Below, piece after piece: positions 1-9,274 of a stretch of DNA of 64,000 bases (position 1 is its first letter; the number at the start of each line of letters is the position of its first letter). The position numbers and the translations under genes are program-made. The notes below the pieces were generated by a model that was not told the DNA's origin, ran no database searches, and saw only the letters and a program-made list of their open reading frames with translations. Origin of the DNA: an uncultured Dehalococcoidia bacterium. GTDB taxonomy: Bacteria > Chloroflexota > Dehalococcoidia > Lucifugimonadales > UBA3495. Location of the stretch: the NCBI GenBank assembly GCA_950072105.1, contig CATMOE010000004.1, positions 32,454-96,453 of the forward strand. The letters are read 5' to 3'.

Positions 1-1
1 G

Positions 2-1225
2 ATCTGTAAAGTTATGGACCTGGCGGCCAAGACCGGCTGTCCGCTGGTAGGTCTGAATGACTCCGGGGGCGCGCGGATCCAGGAAGGGGTCACCAGCCTG
101 GCCGCCTACGGGGATATCTTCCTGCGTAATACCCTGTTCTCCGGGGTGATACCCCAAATCTCGGTGATCGTGGGACCGGCAGCGGGAGGGGCAGTATACT
201 CTCCGGCCATAACCGATTTTGTGTTTATGGTCAGCGGCACCGGTCAGATGTACATCACGGGACCGGACGTGATCAAAGCGGTTACCGGCGAGGATGTTAC
301 CCACGAGGAGCTGGGCGGAGCGGCTTCCCATGCCACCCGCAGCGGCGTGGCCCAATTCGTTTATGAAACCGAGGAAGAGTGTCTGGCCGAAGTGCGGCGG
401 CTGTTAGGTTTCCTCCCCGGCAATAATCTGGACGATTCACCCCTTGTAGTCACCGGCGATGGGGCAGGCCGGACTGACCCGGACCTTGCCCAATTGGTTC
501 CGGATGACGCTAACCGGCCCTACGACATGCGGGACATTATCTATCGGATCGTCGATGACGAGGAGTTCATGGAGGTCCATCAAAGTTTCGCTCCCAACAT
601 CTTGGTGGGCTTGAGCCGCCTCGACGGCCGCACGGTGGGCATCATCGGCAATCAGCCCCAACATCTGGCCGGAGTCTTGGACATCGACGCTTCCAACAAA
701 GCAGCCCGGTTCGTCCGGTTTTGCGACTGCTTCAACATCCCCCTGGTGACATTGGTTGATGTTCCCGGATTCATGCCGGGCGTAGATCAGGAGCACGGCG
801 GCATCATCCGCCACGGCGCAAAACTGATCTACGCCTATGCTGAGGCTACGGTTCCCAAGGTTAGCGTCATCATACGGAAGGCCTACGGCGGGGCTTACAT
901 CGTGATGAGCAGCAAGCACCTGAGATCTGATGTCAACTTCGTTTGGCCATCGGCGGAGATTGCCGTGATGGGCGCCGAGGGCGCGGTTAACATAATTCAC
1001 CGGGGGGAGATATCCAGCGCCGAAGACCCTGACCAGACCAGGAAGGAGTTGGTGGCCGACTACCAGGAAAAGTTCACCAATCCTTACGTGGCGGCTAGCC
1101 GGGGTTACGTGGACGACATCATCGATCCGTCAGAAACGAGGCCCCGCTTGATCCGAGCCTTGGAGATGCTGCAAAACAAGCGGGATACACTGCCGGCCAA
1201 GAAACACGGCAATATACCGTTATAG
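2..1225 (+). CDS. Acyl-CoA (propionyl/methylmalonyl-CoA) carboxylase carboxyltransferase subunit, 5'-truncated by the window edge
   Basis: Frame is open from position 2 (ICKVMDLA...). Motifs [46 protein letters not shown] and C-terminal KKHGNIPL are typical of PccB/MmdA. Confidence 0.93.
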   Translation: MCKVMDLAAKTGCPLVGLNDSGGARIQEGVTSLAAYGDIFLRNTLFSGVIPQISVIVGPAAGGAVYSPAITDFVFMVSGTGQMYITGPDVIKAVTGEDVTHEELGGAASHATRSGVAQFVYETEEECLAEVRRLLGFLPGNNLDDSPLVVTGDGAGRTDPDLAQLVPDDANRPYDMRDIIYRIVDDEEFMEVHQSFAPNILVGLSRLDGRTVGIIGNQPQHLAGVLDIDASNKAARFVRFCDCFNIPLVTLVDVPGFMPGVDQEHGGIIRHGAKLIYAYAEATVPKVSVIIRKAYGGAYIVMSSKHLRSDVNFVWPSAEIAVMGAEGAVNIIHRGEISSAEDPDQTRKELVADYQEKFTNPYVAASRGYVDDIIDPSETRPRLIRALEMLQNKRDTLPAKKHGNIPL

Positions 1226-1227
1226 CA

Positions 1228-1275
1228 AGCAGCTTTCGGCTATCAGCGTTCAGGAGAACCGATAGCTGATAGCCT
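1228..1275. repeat. Inverted arrays of heptamer (TCAGC-xx / GCTGA-xx) short tandem repeats
   Basis: gcagctttcggctatcagcgttcagg ... gatagctgatagc; the same family recurs at several intergenic sites. Confidence 0.65.
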
Positions 1276-1296
1276 TCAACCCAAAGGAGTGTATCC

Positions 1297-2304
1297 GTGG
1301 AATTTGGCGTCTTCTACCAGTTGCCTTGCTCGGAAGATCAGTCACCGTCACAGCGGTATTCCGACACCATCGCCCAGTCCCAACTAGCCGACGAATTGGG
1401 TTTCGACTCCGTGTGGCTGGCCGAACTGCACTTCAATCCGGAATTTTCCATCATGCCGGCGCCACTCCTGGTGGCCTCGGCTATCGCCCAAACAACCAAG
1501 CGGATAAAGGTGGGCACCGCCGTCAATCTGATGCCTTTACATAATCCGGTGCGATTAGCGGAAGAGGCCGCGACACTGGATGTTATTTCCGGCGGACGGG
1601 CCATCTTCGGTATCGGCAGGGGCTCCAATCCCCGCCAGTTCGCAGGCTACGGCGTCGACATAGCCGAGGGACGGGAAAGATTCCTAGAAGCCTTGGACTT
1701 TGTTCTGAAAGCCTGGACCTGCGACAAGCTTTCCTACGAAGGCGAGTATTTTCAAGCCCAGGATCTGAGGATCACGCCCAAACCGCTGCAAGATCCCCAT
1801 CCTCCGGTGTACATCGCTTCCAATAGTGCGGACACTTTCGGTATCGTTGGTTCTTTGGGACACAACATCCTGGTAGCGCCGTTAGTTGTTTCCGTTCAGG
1901 GGGCACTGGACGGTCTGGCGGTGTACCGGGAAGCATTGGGCGAACATGGTCACGACCCGGCCAAGGTAAAGGTCAACGTGAACGTTCCGGTGTACGTCAC
2001 CAAGGACAAGAGCAAGGCCAAAGGCATGCCCCAGGCCAGCTTTGACAACTATCTGGGCCTGATCCGGGCCAACCGGACACGGTCGCTTAGGGGTATCTCC
2101 GAACTGACGTACGACCGGGTGTACGATGACTTTGCCGCCATCGGAGACCCGGACCAGGTCGTGGAGAAGCTGAGATCGTTGGGCGGTAGGTATCAGAACC
2201 AAGAGTTCATGTGCTGGTTCAACACCGGTGGCATGCTTCCCCACAATGAAGTGGAAAAATCCATGCGCCTCTTTGCTGAAGAGGTGATGCCTCATTTTGG
2301 GTAG
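1297..2304 (+). CDS. LLM-class flavin-dependent oxidoreductase (luciferase-like monooxygenase)
   Basis: ADELGFDSVWLAELHF, HNPVRLAEEAATLDVISGGR..FGIGRG, PKPLQDPHPP, SMRLFAEEVMPHF; AAGGAG RBS before GTG. Confidence 0.93.
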   Translation: MEFGVFYQLPCSEDQSPSQRYSDTIAQSQLADELGFDSVWLAELHFNPEFSIMPAPLLVASAIAQTTKRIKVGTAVNLMPLHNPVRLAEEAATLDVISGGRAIFGIGRGSNPRQFAGYGVDIAEGRERFLEALDFVLKAWTCDKLSYEGEYFQAQDLRITPKPLQDPHPPVYIASNSADTFGIVGSLGHNILVAPLVVSVQGALDGLAVYREALGEHGHDPAKVKVNVNVPVYVTKDKSKAKGMPQASFDNYLGLIRANRTRSLRGISELTYDRVYDDFAAIGDPDQVVEKLRSLGGRYQNQEFMCWFNTGGMLPHNEVEKSMRLFAEEVMPHFG

Positions 2305-2412
2305 CGGTCAGCTTTCAGCTATCAGGAGACCGGTGAAATTCCTGAAGCCCATGCCGGTTTTTTTGGATGACATCAAAAATGCTGACGGCTGAACGCTGAT
2401 AGCTGAAAGCTA
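2305..2412. repeat. Heptamer inverted-array element (MITE/STRR-like)
   Basis: gcggtcagctttcagctatcagg...gctgacggctgaacgctgatagctgaaagct; reverse-complement similarity to 6137-6285. Confidence 0.7.
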
Positions 2413-2421
2413 GGGTAACCA

Positions 2422-3762
2422 ATGTCCTTGTTCGAACACCAAGCCCAAAGGCAGATGGCTAAGAACGCACCGCTGGCGGACCGGATGCGCCCCCGGACGT
2501 TCGATGAGTTTGTCGGCCAAGAGCACGTGGTTGGCGTGGACCGGGTGCTGCGGCGGGCTATCCAGGCCGACCGGCTGCCATCCATTATCCTATGGGGACC
2601 GCCGGGCAGCGGCAAAACTACCCTGGCCCGGTTGATCTCGGGCGTCACTCAAGCCTCTTTCCAATCCGTCAGCGCCGTCACCTCCGGAGTGGCCGACTTG
2701 AGGCGCATCGTCGCGGAGGCACGGGACCGCCTGGGGATGCACCAGGAAAAGACCATTCTGTTCGTCGACGAGATTCACCGATTCAACAAGTCGCAGCAAG
2801 ACGTGATCCTTCCCCATGTGGAAGACGGCACCGTGACCTTTATCGGAGCGACCACGGAGAACCCATCTTTTGAAGTCAACGCTCCCTTGCTGTCCCGGTG
2901 CCGGGTGTTCGCCCTTCAATTATTGACTCCCGAAGAGGTGGAAAAGATCGTCCAACGGGCCTTGTCCGAACCCCAAAGGGGTTTGGGCGAACTAGGTTTA
3001 GAGCTGGAACAACCGGCGCTGGAACACTTGGTAGACATGGCCAACGGTGACGCCCGGGTAGCTTTGAACGCATTGGAGACCGCCGCCTTCGCCACGTCCG
3101 GCGTAGAAGACGCGACCACGATCGACCTCGAAACGATCTCCGATGCCTTGCAGCGCCGCCCTCCCTTGTATGACAAAGCCGGGGAGGGGCACTACGACAC
3201 GATCTCTGCTTTCATCAAGTCGGTGCGCGGGTCTTCTCCTGACGGGGCGTTATATTGGCTGGCGCGGATGATCGAGTCGGGAGAGGACCCGCTGTTCATC
3301 GCCCGCAGATTGGTCATCTTGGCTGCCGAGGATATCGGACTGGCCCAACCGGAAGCCTTGGCGTTGGCCGTGGCGGCCCAGCAAGCCGTCCACTTCCTGG
3401 GCATGCCCGAAGCGCGAATCCCCCTGGCGGAAGCTACGGTGTACCTGGCCACCGCCCCCAAGAGCAACTCGGCCTACATGGCCTTGGAACAGGCGCTGGA
3501 TGACGTGCGTAAACGGGCTGGCGAGCCCGTCCCCCTGCATCTGCGTAACGCCGTCACCGGTTTGATGCGCAACATGGGCTACGGCAAGGACTACCAGTAC
3601 GCCCACGACCATCCGGGACACTTTGTCGAGCAGGATTTCCTGCCTCCCTCATTGAAGGACCGCCGGTATTACCAACCGACGGAGGAGGGGACCGAGAAAG
3701 AGATCAGCAAAAGAATGAAGGAGTGGTGGGGTGATGGGGACAAGCAGGACTCAGGCGTCTAA
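2422..3762 (+). CDS. rarA: Replication-associated recombination protein A (RarA/MgsA AAA+ ATPase)
   Basis: PLADRMRP, GPPGSGKTT, DEIHRFNKSQQD, ATTENPSF, YDTISAFIKSVRGS, EDIGLA, VPLHLRNA, GYGKDYQYAHD. Confidence 0.96.
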   Translation: MSLFEHQAQRQMAKNAPLADRMRPRTFDEFVGQEHVVGVDRVLRRAIQADRLPSIILWGPPGSGKTTLARLISGVTQASFQSVSAVTSGVADLRRIVAEARDRLGMHQEKTILFVDEIHRFNKSQQDVILPHVEDGTVTFIGATTENPSFEVNAPLLSRCRVFALQLLTPEEVEKIVQRALSEPQRGLGELGLELEQPALEHLVDMANGDARVALNALETAAFATSGVEDATTIDLETISDALQRRPPLYDKAGEGHYDTISAFIKSVRGSSPDGALYWLARMIESGEDPLFIARRLVILAAEDIGLAQPEALALAVAAQQAVHFLGMPEARIPLAEATVYLATAPKSNSAYMALEQALDDVRKRAGEPVPLHLRNAVTGLMRNMGYGKDYQYAHDHPGHFVEQDFLPPSLKDRRYYQPTEEGTEKEISKRMKEWWGDGDKQDSGV

Positions 3763-3820
3763 GCATCAGTATTTGCCACACCGGAAACGCAACTATTTAG
3801 GTCTAAAGCTGGTATCGCGT

Positions 3821-3853
3821 GAGTAGGGGCGGGTTTCAAACCCGCCCCTACTC
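3821..3853. repeat. GTAG-type REP palindrome (possible bidirectional terminator between convergent genes)
   Basis: Perfect palindrome gagtaggggcgggttt-c-aaacccgcccctactc; near-identical copy at 51403-51435. Confidence 0.8.
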
Positions 3854-3899
3854 GGTGCCGCCGATGTCCATTTGGCTCTTGGAATAGTCCGAACACAGA

Positions 3900-4490
3900 T
3901 TACCCGGTACTCAGCGCACTAATCACATCTTCAGATCCGACCACATCCGTTTGGCGGGGGAAGATTCGCTGGGTGAGGAAGTCGTGGACCTCCGGGTCCT
4001 GGTCGGAGCAGCAGTCTTCCACCACCAGTAGCCGGTAATCTAGGTCGGCGGCGTAGCGCACCGTGGAGAGGACCACGCCGCTGGTGGCATAACCTAGGAT
4101 GACCAGGGTCTCGATATTGTTGGACCGCAACACCATGTCCAGGTCGGTGCCGAACAGAGCGTTGACCCGGTGCTTGCCCACCACCACCTCGCCGGGCAGG
4201 GGCTTGACCGACGGGTGGATCAGTTGCACCGGGTCGCTGACCGCCTCTTGTCCCGAGTTTTTCCGCTGGCTGAACGTCTTGTTGCGTGCGCTGATCTCCA
4301 GGTATCCCGGCCGGAACACGGTGGCCGAGTAGCAGACCAAGATCCCTGCGTCCCGCGCCGCCCGCTGCAAGGCCCGAGTTTTGTCCACAACCTTGCGGTC
4401 CACCGCGTGGGGCAGCGACCCCATCATCTCCACGTAGAAGTCGGCGATGAGCAGGGCGGTGGTGGTTTTGTCCAACTCTATGCTAGGCAC
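3900..4490 (-). CDS. Isochorismatase/cysteine hydrolase family protein
   Basis: TALLIADF, VGKHRVNALFGTDL, LVILGYATSGVVLSTVRYAADLDY..VVEDCCSD; likely GTG start at 4490 after AGGGAG. Confidence 0.88.
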   Translation of the reverse strand: MPSIELDKTTTALLIADFYVEMMGSLPHAVDRKVVDKTRALQRAARDAGILVCYSATVFRPGYLEISARNKTFSQRKNSGQEAVSDPVQLIHPSVKPLPGEVVVGKHRVNALFGTDLDMVLRSNNIETLVILGYATSGVVLSTVRYAADLDYRLLVVEDCCSDQDPEVHDFLTQRIFPRQTDVVGSEDVISALSTG

Positions 4491-4587
4491 ATCAGCTCTC
4501 CCTGCGAGCGATCCGCGGACAGTCGTCAAGGGGGCATGTCAAGGCGAGCAAACCTGATTCGATGTTCCGATCGAGGCCATCGCCCGG

Positions 4588-4956
4588 CTATGCCTCGGGC
4601 AACTTGGTATAGTAGCAAAGCCGCTCCGAGAGCACGCCCTGGTCGCCCACCTTGATCAGGCCGCTGCCCTGTATCGGCGTACCGGGGACTGTCCACCAGA
4701 CCCAGGCGGTGATTACCCCTTGGTCTTCCTGGGTGACCACTTCCGTGATATCAAGCAACGGGTCGCTGGTCTTGCCACGTATACCTTCGACAACTTGCCA
4801 CATTCCCGACAGGTACTCGGCGAAGCCCTGTTTGTTAATCATCCCGGCGTTGGGATCATCCAACTGGTAGTTGTCGGCCAGAGACCCCGTTATGATCTGG
4901 GCGTCACCCTTGGTCCAGCCCTCGGCGTACTGGCCTAGATAATCTCCTGCTGCCAT
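4588..4956 (-). CDS. SnoaL/NTF2-like small protein
   Basis: YAEGWTKGD...LADNYQLDDP N-terminus followed by a beta-strand pattern; GGGGGA RBS. Confidence 0.65.
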   Translation of the reverse strand: MAAGDYLGQYAEGWTKGDAQIITGSLADNYQLDDPNAGMINKQGFAEYLSGMWQVVEGIRGKTSDPLLDITEVVTQEDQGVITAWVWWTVPGTPIQGSGLIKVGDQGVLSERLCYYTKLPEA

Positions 4957-5043
4957 AGTATTCCCCCTTTATACGGATATTTGCGTCTTGGCGATAGCCT
5001 GATCGGGTCCTTTCCTGATGGCTGAATGCTGACCGCTGAGAGC

Positions 5044-6090
5044 TCAGCGCAATGCCCTGACCGCCTTGGAAGTTCGGCTCAGAGTTTCCTCCACATCTTC
5101 GCTGGAGATGTGCCGGTGGGTAACCATTCGGATCGCTGTTGGGCTTGGTGAGGAAACCTTGACGTCTTCGGCGCCCAAAGCGCCGATCAGCTTGGCAGAG
5201 GGGCCCAGGGATGGGTCCACTTCAAATATCACGATGTTGGTGTGGATGCTGTCCGGGTCAACGGTCAGTCCGTCGATGTTGGCCAGGCCTTGGGCTAACC
5301 GGCGGGCGTTGGCGTGGTCGTCGGCCAAACGGTCGATCATGCTATCCAAAGCCACCAGTCCCGCGGCTGCCAGAACGCCTGCCTGCCGCATGCCGCCACC
5401 GACCATCTTCCGCCACTTGTTGGCCCGGTCGATGAACTCTCGCGTCCCGCAGAGAACCGAACCCACCGGGCAACTCAGGGCCTTGGATAGGCAGAAACTT
5501 ACGTCGTCCACGTCCTTGACCAATTCTTTCGCGGGAACTTCCAAAGCCACTGCGGCGTTGAAGAGACGGGCGCCGTCCAGGTGGACGCTGGCTCCGGCGG
5601 CGTGGGCGACTTGGCCTATCTTGGCGGTATCCTCCGGAGTCAGAACGCCGCCGCTGCACCGGTTATGGGTATTTTCCAAGCAGACCATGGTGGTGGGAGA
5701 CGTGTGCACATTGCCCGGTGGACGAATAGCGGCCTCCAGGTCGGCAGGGTCGATGCGTCCCTGATCATCATTGGGTATCAGTCTGATCTGGGCTCCGGCT
5801 AGAGCCGACGCGCCGCCGGCCTCGTTCCAGAACATATGGGCCTGGTCGCCCATGACGATCTCATCGCCCCGATGGCAATAGGTCAGCGCAGCCACCAAGT
5901 TGCTCATGGTGCCGCTGGCCATCAGCAGGCCGGCCTCTTTGCCTAACATCTCCGCCGCCCGCTCTTGAAGTTTGTTTACGCTAGGGTCTTCGCCGTATAC
6001 GTCATCGCCCACTTCGGCGTTGGCCATGGCTTGGCGCATCTCCTCGGTGGGTTGGGTTAGGGTGTCGCTACGCAGATCAATAACGTCCAT
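5044..6090 (-). CDS. ltaE: Low-specificity L-threonine aldolase
   Basis: [63 protein letters not shown]. Confidence 0.93.
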   Translation of the reverse strand: MDVIDLRSDTLTQPTEEMRQAMANAEVGDDVYGEDPSVNKLQERAAEMLGKEAGLLMASGTMSNLVAALTYCHRGDEIVMGDQAHMFWNEAGGASALAGAQIRLIPNDDQGRIDPADLEAAIRPPGNVHTSPTTMVCLENTHNRCSGGVLTPEDTAKIGQVAHAAGASVHLDGARLFNAAVALEVPAKELVKDVDDVSFCLSKALSCPVGSVLCGTREFIDRANKWRKMVGGGMRQAGVLAAAGLVALDSMIDRLADDHANARRLAQGLANIDGLTVDPDSIHTNIVIFEVDPSLGPSAKLIGALGAEDVKVSSPSPTAIRMVTHRHISSEDVEETLSRTSKAVRALR

Positions 6091-6136
6091 GGAGACTCCT
6101 AAGTTCTTCGGGATAAGCGGTATTCTATCAAAAAAA

Positions 6137-6285
6137 GCTTTCAGCTATCAGCAGGCCAGCGTTCAGCCGTCAGCTTTCAGTGCTCAGCTATTGGCTACCT
6201 ACCTTTCACAGGCATTCGAAAAACCGGTCCGGGTTCCACGCCGGATGGTCTCCTGATCGCTGAAGGCTGACCGCTGATAGCTGTC
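6137..6285. repeat. Heptamer inverted-array element (MITE/STRR-like)
   Basis: gctttcagctatcagcaggccagcgttcagccgtcagctttcag ... ctgatcgctgaaggctgaccgctgatagctg. Confidence 0.7.
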
Positions 6286-6349
6286 GGCTTCCTTGCTAAA
6301 CTCTACAAGCTCTCCTAAGATGGTGTTAGCAAACAGGAGGAAGGAAGCC

Positions 6350-6991
6350 GTGCGCCAGAGTGCCGTATCGTTCAAAACCAAGGGATTGACTTTTGAGGGC
6401 GTAATGGCCCAACCCGAGCAGGAGATAAGCTCCTTGCCAGGAGTTGTCATCTGCCATCCCCATCCCTTGTTCGGCGGCAACATGGATAACAATGTTGTCC
6501 TAGCCGTGTCCCACGCGCTGGTGGAGCGAGGCTTCGTCACTCTCCGTTTCAACTTCCGGGGAGTTGGCAACAGTGAAGGGGAGCACTCCAAGGGTGAGCA
6601 GGAAAGCCAGGAAGTCCTGGCGGCCCTTGACCTGATGAGAGCCTGGCCCGGTGTAGATTCGAAAAAGATCGGGCTCGCCGGGTACTCTTTTGGCTCATCG
6701 GTGGTCCTCGGCAGCGCCTCATTGCACAAGAAAGTCAAGGCGATCGCATTGATCTCGCCGCCGCTGCGGGCCGTGGAGAGCACGCCGCTGAAGAAAGGGA
6801 AACAGCCGACGTTCATCATAACCGGCGACCGGGATAAGCTGGTGCAGTCGGATCAATTGGACTCCGTGCTGGGCGCTTTTTCCCGAAAACCCGTAGTTAG
6901 CATCGTGGCTGGGGCCGATCATTTCTGGGCCGGCCATGAGAATGAGATGATTCCAGAGGTCGTCAAGCACTTTTCCGAGCACTTGAAGTAA
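6350..6991 (+). CDS. Alpha/beta-fold hydrolase
   Basis: CHPHPLFGGNMDNNVV, RFNFRGVGNSEG, nucleophile elbow GYSFG, GDRD, ADHF; GTG start after GGAGG/AAGGA. Confidence 0.9.
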   Translation: MRQSAVSFKTKGLTFEGVMAQPEQEISSLPGVVICHPHPLFGGNMDNNVVLAVSHALVERGFVTLRFNFRGVGNSEGEHSKGEQESQEVLAALDLMRAWPGVDSKKIGLAGYSFGSSVVLGSASLHKKVKAIALISPPLRAVESTPLKKGKQPTFIITGDRDKLVQSDQLDSVLGAFSRKPVVSIVAGADHFWAGHENEMIPEVVKHFSEHLK

Positions 6992-6997
6992 ATCTCC

Positions 6998-7915
6998 ATG
7001 GCATCGAACGGAGATCTTCCCGGCCCGGAGGCAACCGGGCCGCCGGCGATGTACAAGGACCTAGTCCTCCTCCAGTTGGCCGCCCTGATTTTTCTCGCGG
7101 ATCAGTTCACCAAGTACTTGGCCCGGGCATTTCTGGATTTTGGCGAGTCATTCCCCCGGTACGGATTCATCCGGATCACCCACACCCAAAACACGGGCAG
7201 CGCCTTCGGTCTCTTCCCTGACCAAAACACCGCGTTGATCCTGGTGGCCTTCTTGGGCATCATCATTCTGGCGCTGCTTTACCGTAATCTTCGACCCGCT
7301 ACGAATCTGCTGCGGCTTAGTTTGGGTCTCCAGATGGGCGGGGCTGCCGGTAATCTTCTGGACCGCTTGCTCCAGGGACACGTTACCGACTTTGTCGACA
7401 TTGGCCCGTGGCCCGTGTTCAACGTCGCGGATTCCTCGATCGTGACTGGTCTGTTGCTGCTATTTTGGCTCCATGGCATACCGTGGGAACGCTTTGGACG
7501 TGGCAGGCAGGCAGAAGAAATTGCGGAGGCTGCCCGGTCTGCTCTGATGGATCAACGTCAGTCATCGTGGTGCCCAGTCTGCGACGGGGTCATGGAGCCG
7601 GTGACGTGGGGATGGCGTTGCTCTACCTGCGGCGTTAAAGAACGGATCGAACAAGTGATTGACACTCATAAGCCGTCGTCTGAAATCTCAACGCATCCTG
7701 CGGCATCTGGATCTGATCCGGACGCTGTTTACCGCGGCGGACCGGACTTCGAGGCTACCCATTCTTATCGGTATGTGGACACACCGGACGCAACGGCTCA
7801 CGTGGAACCGCCTATATCGCAAGATGAAGATGGGCAGCACTCTGGACTCACGGAAAACGAGGAAGCTGGAGCAGCCAGCCCTTCGAATCTTGGCCCAGGC
7901 GAAAGGCCGGAATGA
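6998..7915 (+). CDS. lspA: Signal peptidase II with a C-terminal Zn-ribbon and acidic tail
   Basis: DQFTK, NTGSAFG, GGAAGNLLDRL..GHVTDF, WPVFNVADS; extra ~140 aa containing CPVC...CSTC. Confidence 0.9.
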   Translation: MASNGDLPGPEATGPPAMYKDLVLLQLAALIFLADQFTKYLARAFLDFGESFPRYGFIRITHTQNTGSAFGLFPDQNTALILVAFLGIIILALLYRNLRPATNLLRLSLGLQMGGAAGNLLDRLLQGHVTDFVDIGPWPVFNVADSSIVTGLLLLFWLHGIPWERFGRGRQAEEIAEAARSALMDQRQSSWCPVCDGVMEPVTWGWRCSTCGVKERIEQVIDTHKPSSEISTHPAASGSDPDAVYRGGPDFEATHSYRYVDTPDATAHVEPPISQDEDGQHSGLTENEEAGAASPSNLGPGERPE

Positions 7916-8844
7916 CTGCGTCGATCGGGACTGCTCGGGATTCCCATAGAGAGTTCAAAGTCGAAGCGGGACAGGTGCGGTTGGACCAGTTTTTGGCCCT
8001 TCAGGATACTCAACTCACACGGGCTCAATTGCATCGATTAATCGTGCAAGGCCAGGTCCTTCTCAACGGGCGATCCGCCAAACCGGCCCAAAAGGTTCGC
8101 TCCGGGGATCTGGTTTCTCTTACCATTCCGCCGCCTCGGGTAACCGATGTGGTGCCGCAGTGGATGCCGCTGACCCTGGTATACCAGGACAGCGACATAG
8201 TTGTCATCGATAAACCCGCCGGTCTTTCGGTGCACCCCGGTCCAGGGCACCCCGACCAAACATTGGTGAATGGATTACTGGCCCGATGCCCCGACATTCA
8301 GGGGGTTGGCGGCGAAATCCGGCCGGGCATCGTCCACCGGTTGGACAAAGATACTTCTGGATTGATGATGGTCGCCAAGAACCACTACGCCCACCAGGAA
8401 CTCTCCAATCAGATAAAAGACCGCCGGGTAACCAAAGGTTACATGGCCCTGACCACCGGCGTCGTGTCCCCGGACTCCGGAATCATCGACCAGCCCATCG
8501 CCCGGGACCCGCGGCACCGTAAACGGATGGCCGTGGTGGCTGGAGGGCGGGAATCCCGCACCCGGTACCGCGTCCTGGGAAATCCGTCTGGACATAGCCT
8601 GTTGGAATTGGCTCTAGAGACCGGCCGAACCCATCAGATCAGGGTCCACTTGGCCCATCTGGGACACCCGCTGCTAGGCGACGGAGTATACGGCAAAGCC
8701 AGCCCTCTCTTAGACCGGCACTTTCTGCACGCCAACCTGTTGGGGTTCCAACATCCCAGGACCGGAGAAGCGTTGGAGTTCCGGGCCGATCTGCCCCCCG
8801 AATTGGCGGGGGTATTGGATGATTTGAGGTCGGGAACCGGTTAA
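7912..8844 (+). CDS. RluA/RluD-family pseudouridine synthase
   Basis: S4-like N-terminus (RLDQFL), DKPAGLSVHP, GIVHRLDKDTSG, LETGRTHQIRVH, GDGVYG, LHA; ATGA overlap with lspA. Confidence 0.95.
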   Translation: MTASIGTARDSHREFKVEAGQVRLDQFLALQDTQLTRAQLHRLIVQGQVLLNGRSAKPAQKVRSGDLVSLTIPPPRVTDVVPQWMPLTLVYQDSDIVVIDKPAGLSVHPGPGHPDQTLVNGLLARCPDIQGVGGEIRPGIVHRLDKDTSGLMMVAKNHYAHQELSNQIKDRRVTKGYMALTTGVVSPDSGIIDQPIARDPRHRKRMAVVAGGRESRTRYRVLGNPSGHSLLELALETGRTHQIRVHLAHLGHPLLGDGVYGKASPLLDRHFLHANLLGFQHPRTGEALEFRADLPPELAGVLDDLRSGTG

Positions 8845-8849
8845 AGCCC

Positions 8850-9212
8850 CGTCTCCCATACCCTCCGCCATCGTGATGGACTGCATCGACTGACGAATCT
8901 CAGTTTGTTGCGGGAAAGGGGACGAAATCCCCCAACCCCCTTTACGAAAGGGGGGGTTGCTGCCAGCCACGTTGGACAAGTTCTAAACCCTTGTGTTCAG
9001 AGGATGAATTAAGGGTGGAATCAGCTAAAGCCCCCCTTTGGTAAAGGGGGTTGGGGGGATTTACTCCGTGCCCTAGAAAAAACGTTGGAGCCACAGCAGC
9101 ACTACTTGCCCCGCCATACCACCGTCATCGTGATGGGCCGTAGCGACTGACGAAACTTGGTTTGCGGTGGAAGAGTGGCGAAATTCCCCAACCCCCTTTA
9201 CGAAAGGGGGCT
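8850..9212. repeat. Cluster of CCCCCTTT(N)nAAAGGGGG hairpin repeats within a ~100-bp imperfect direct duplication
   Basis: aaatcccccaaccccctttacgaaaggggg at ~8926 and ~9181, an inverted copy at ~9030-9062, and shared upstream catcgtgatgg...cgactgacgaa; another copy at 51341-51372. Confidence 0.8.
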
Positions 9213-9274
9213 TTGTTGTTGATGGGTGAGGATATCCTCGCTACAATGGAATCTATCGTGAACGGAGGGCCAAC

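Noticed and set aside
8850-9212. Possible CRISPR array
   Set aside because: Only 2-3 imperfect units in mixed orientation, no regular spacers and no cas genes.
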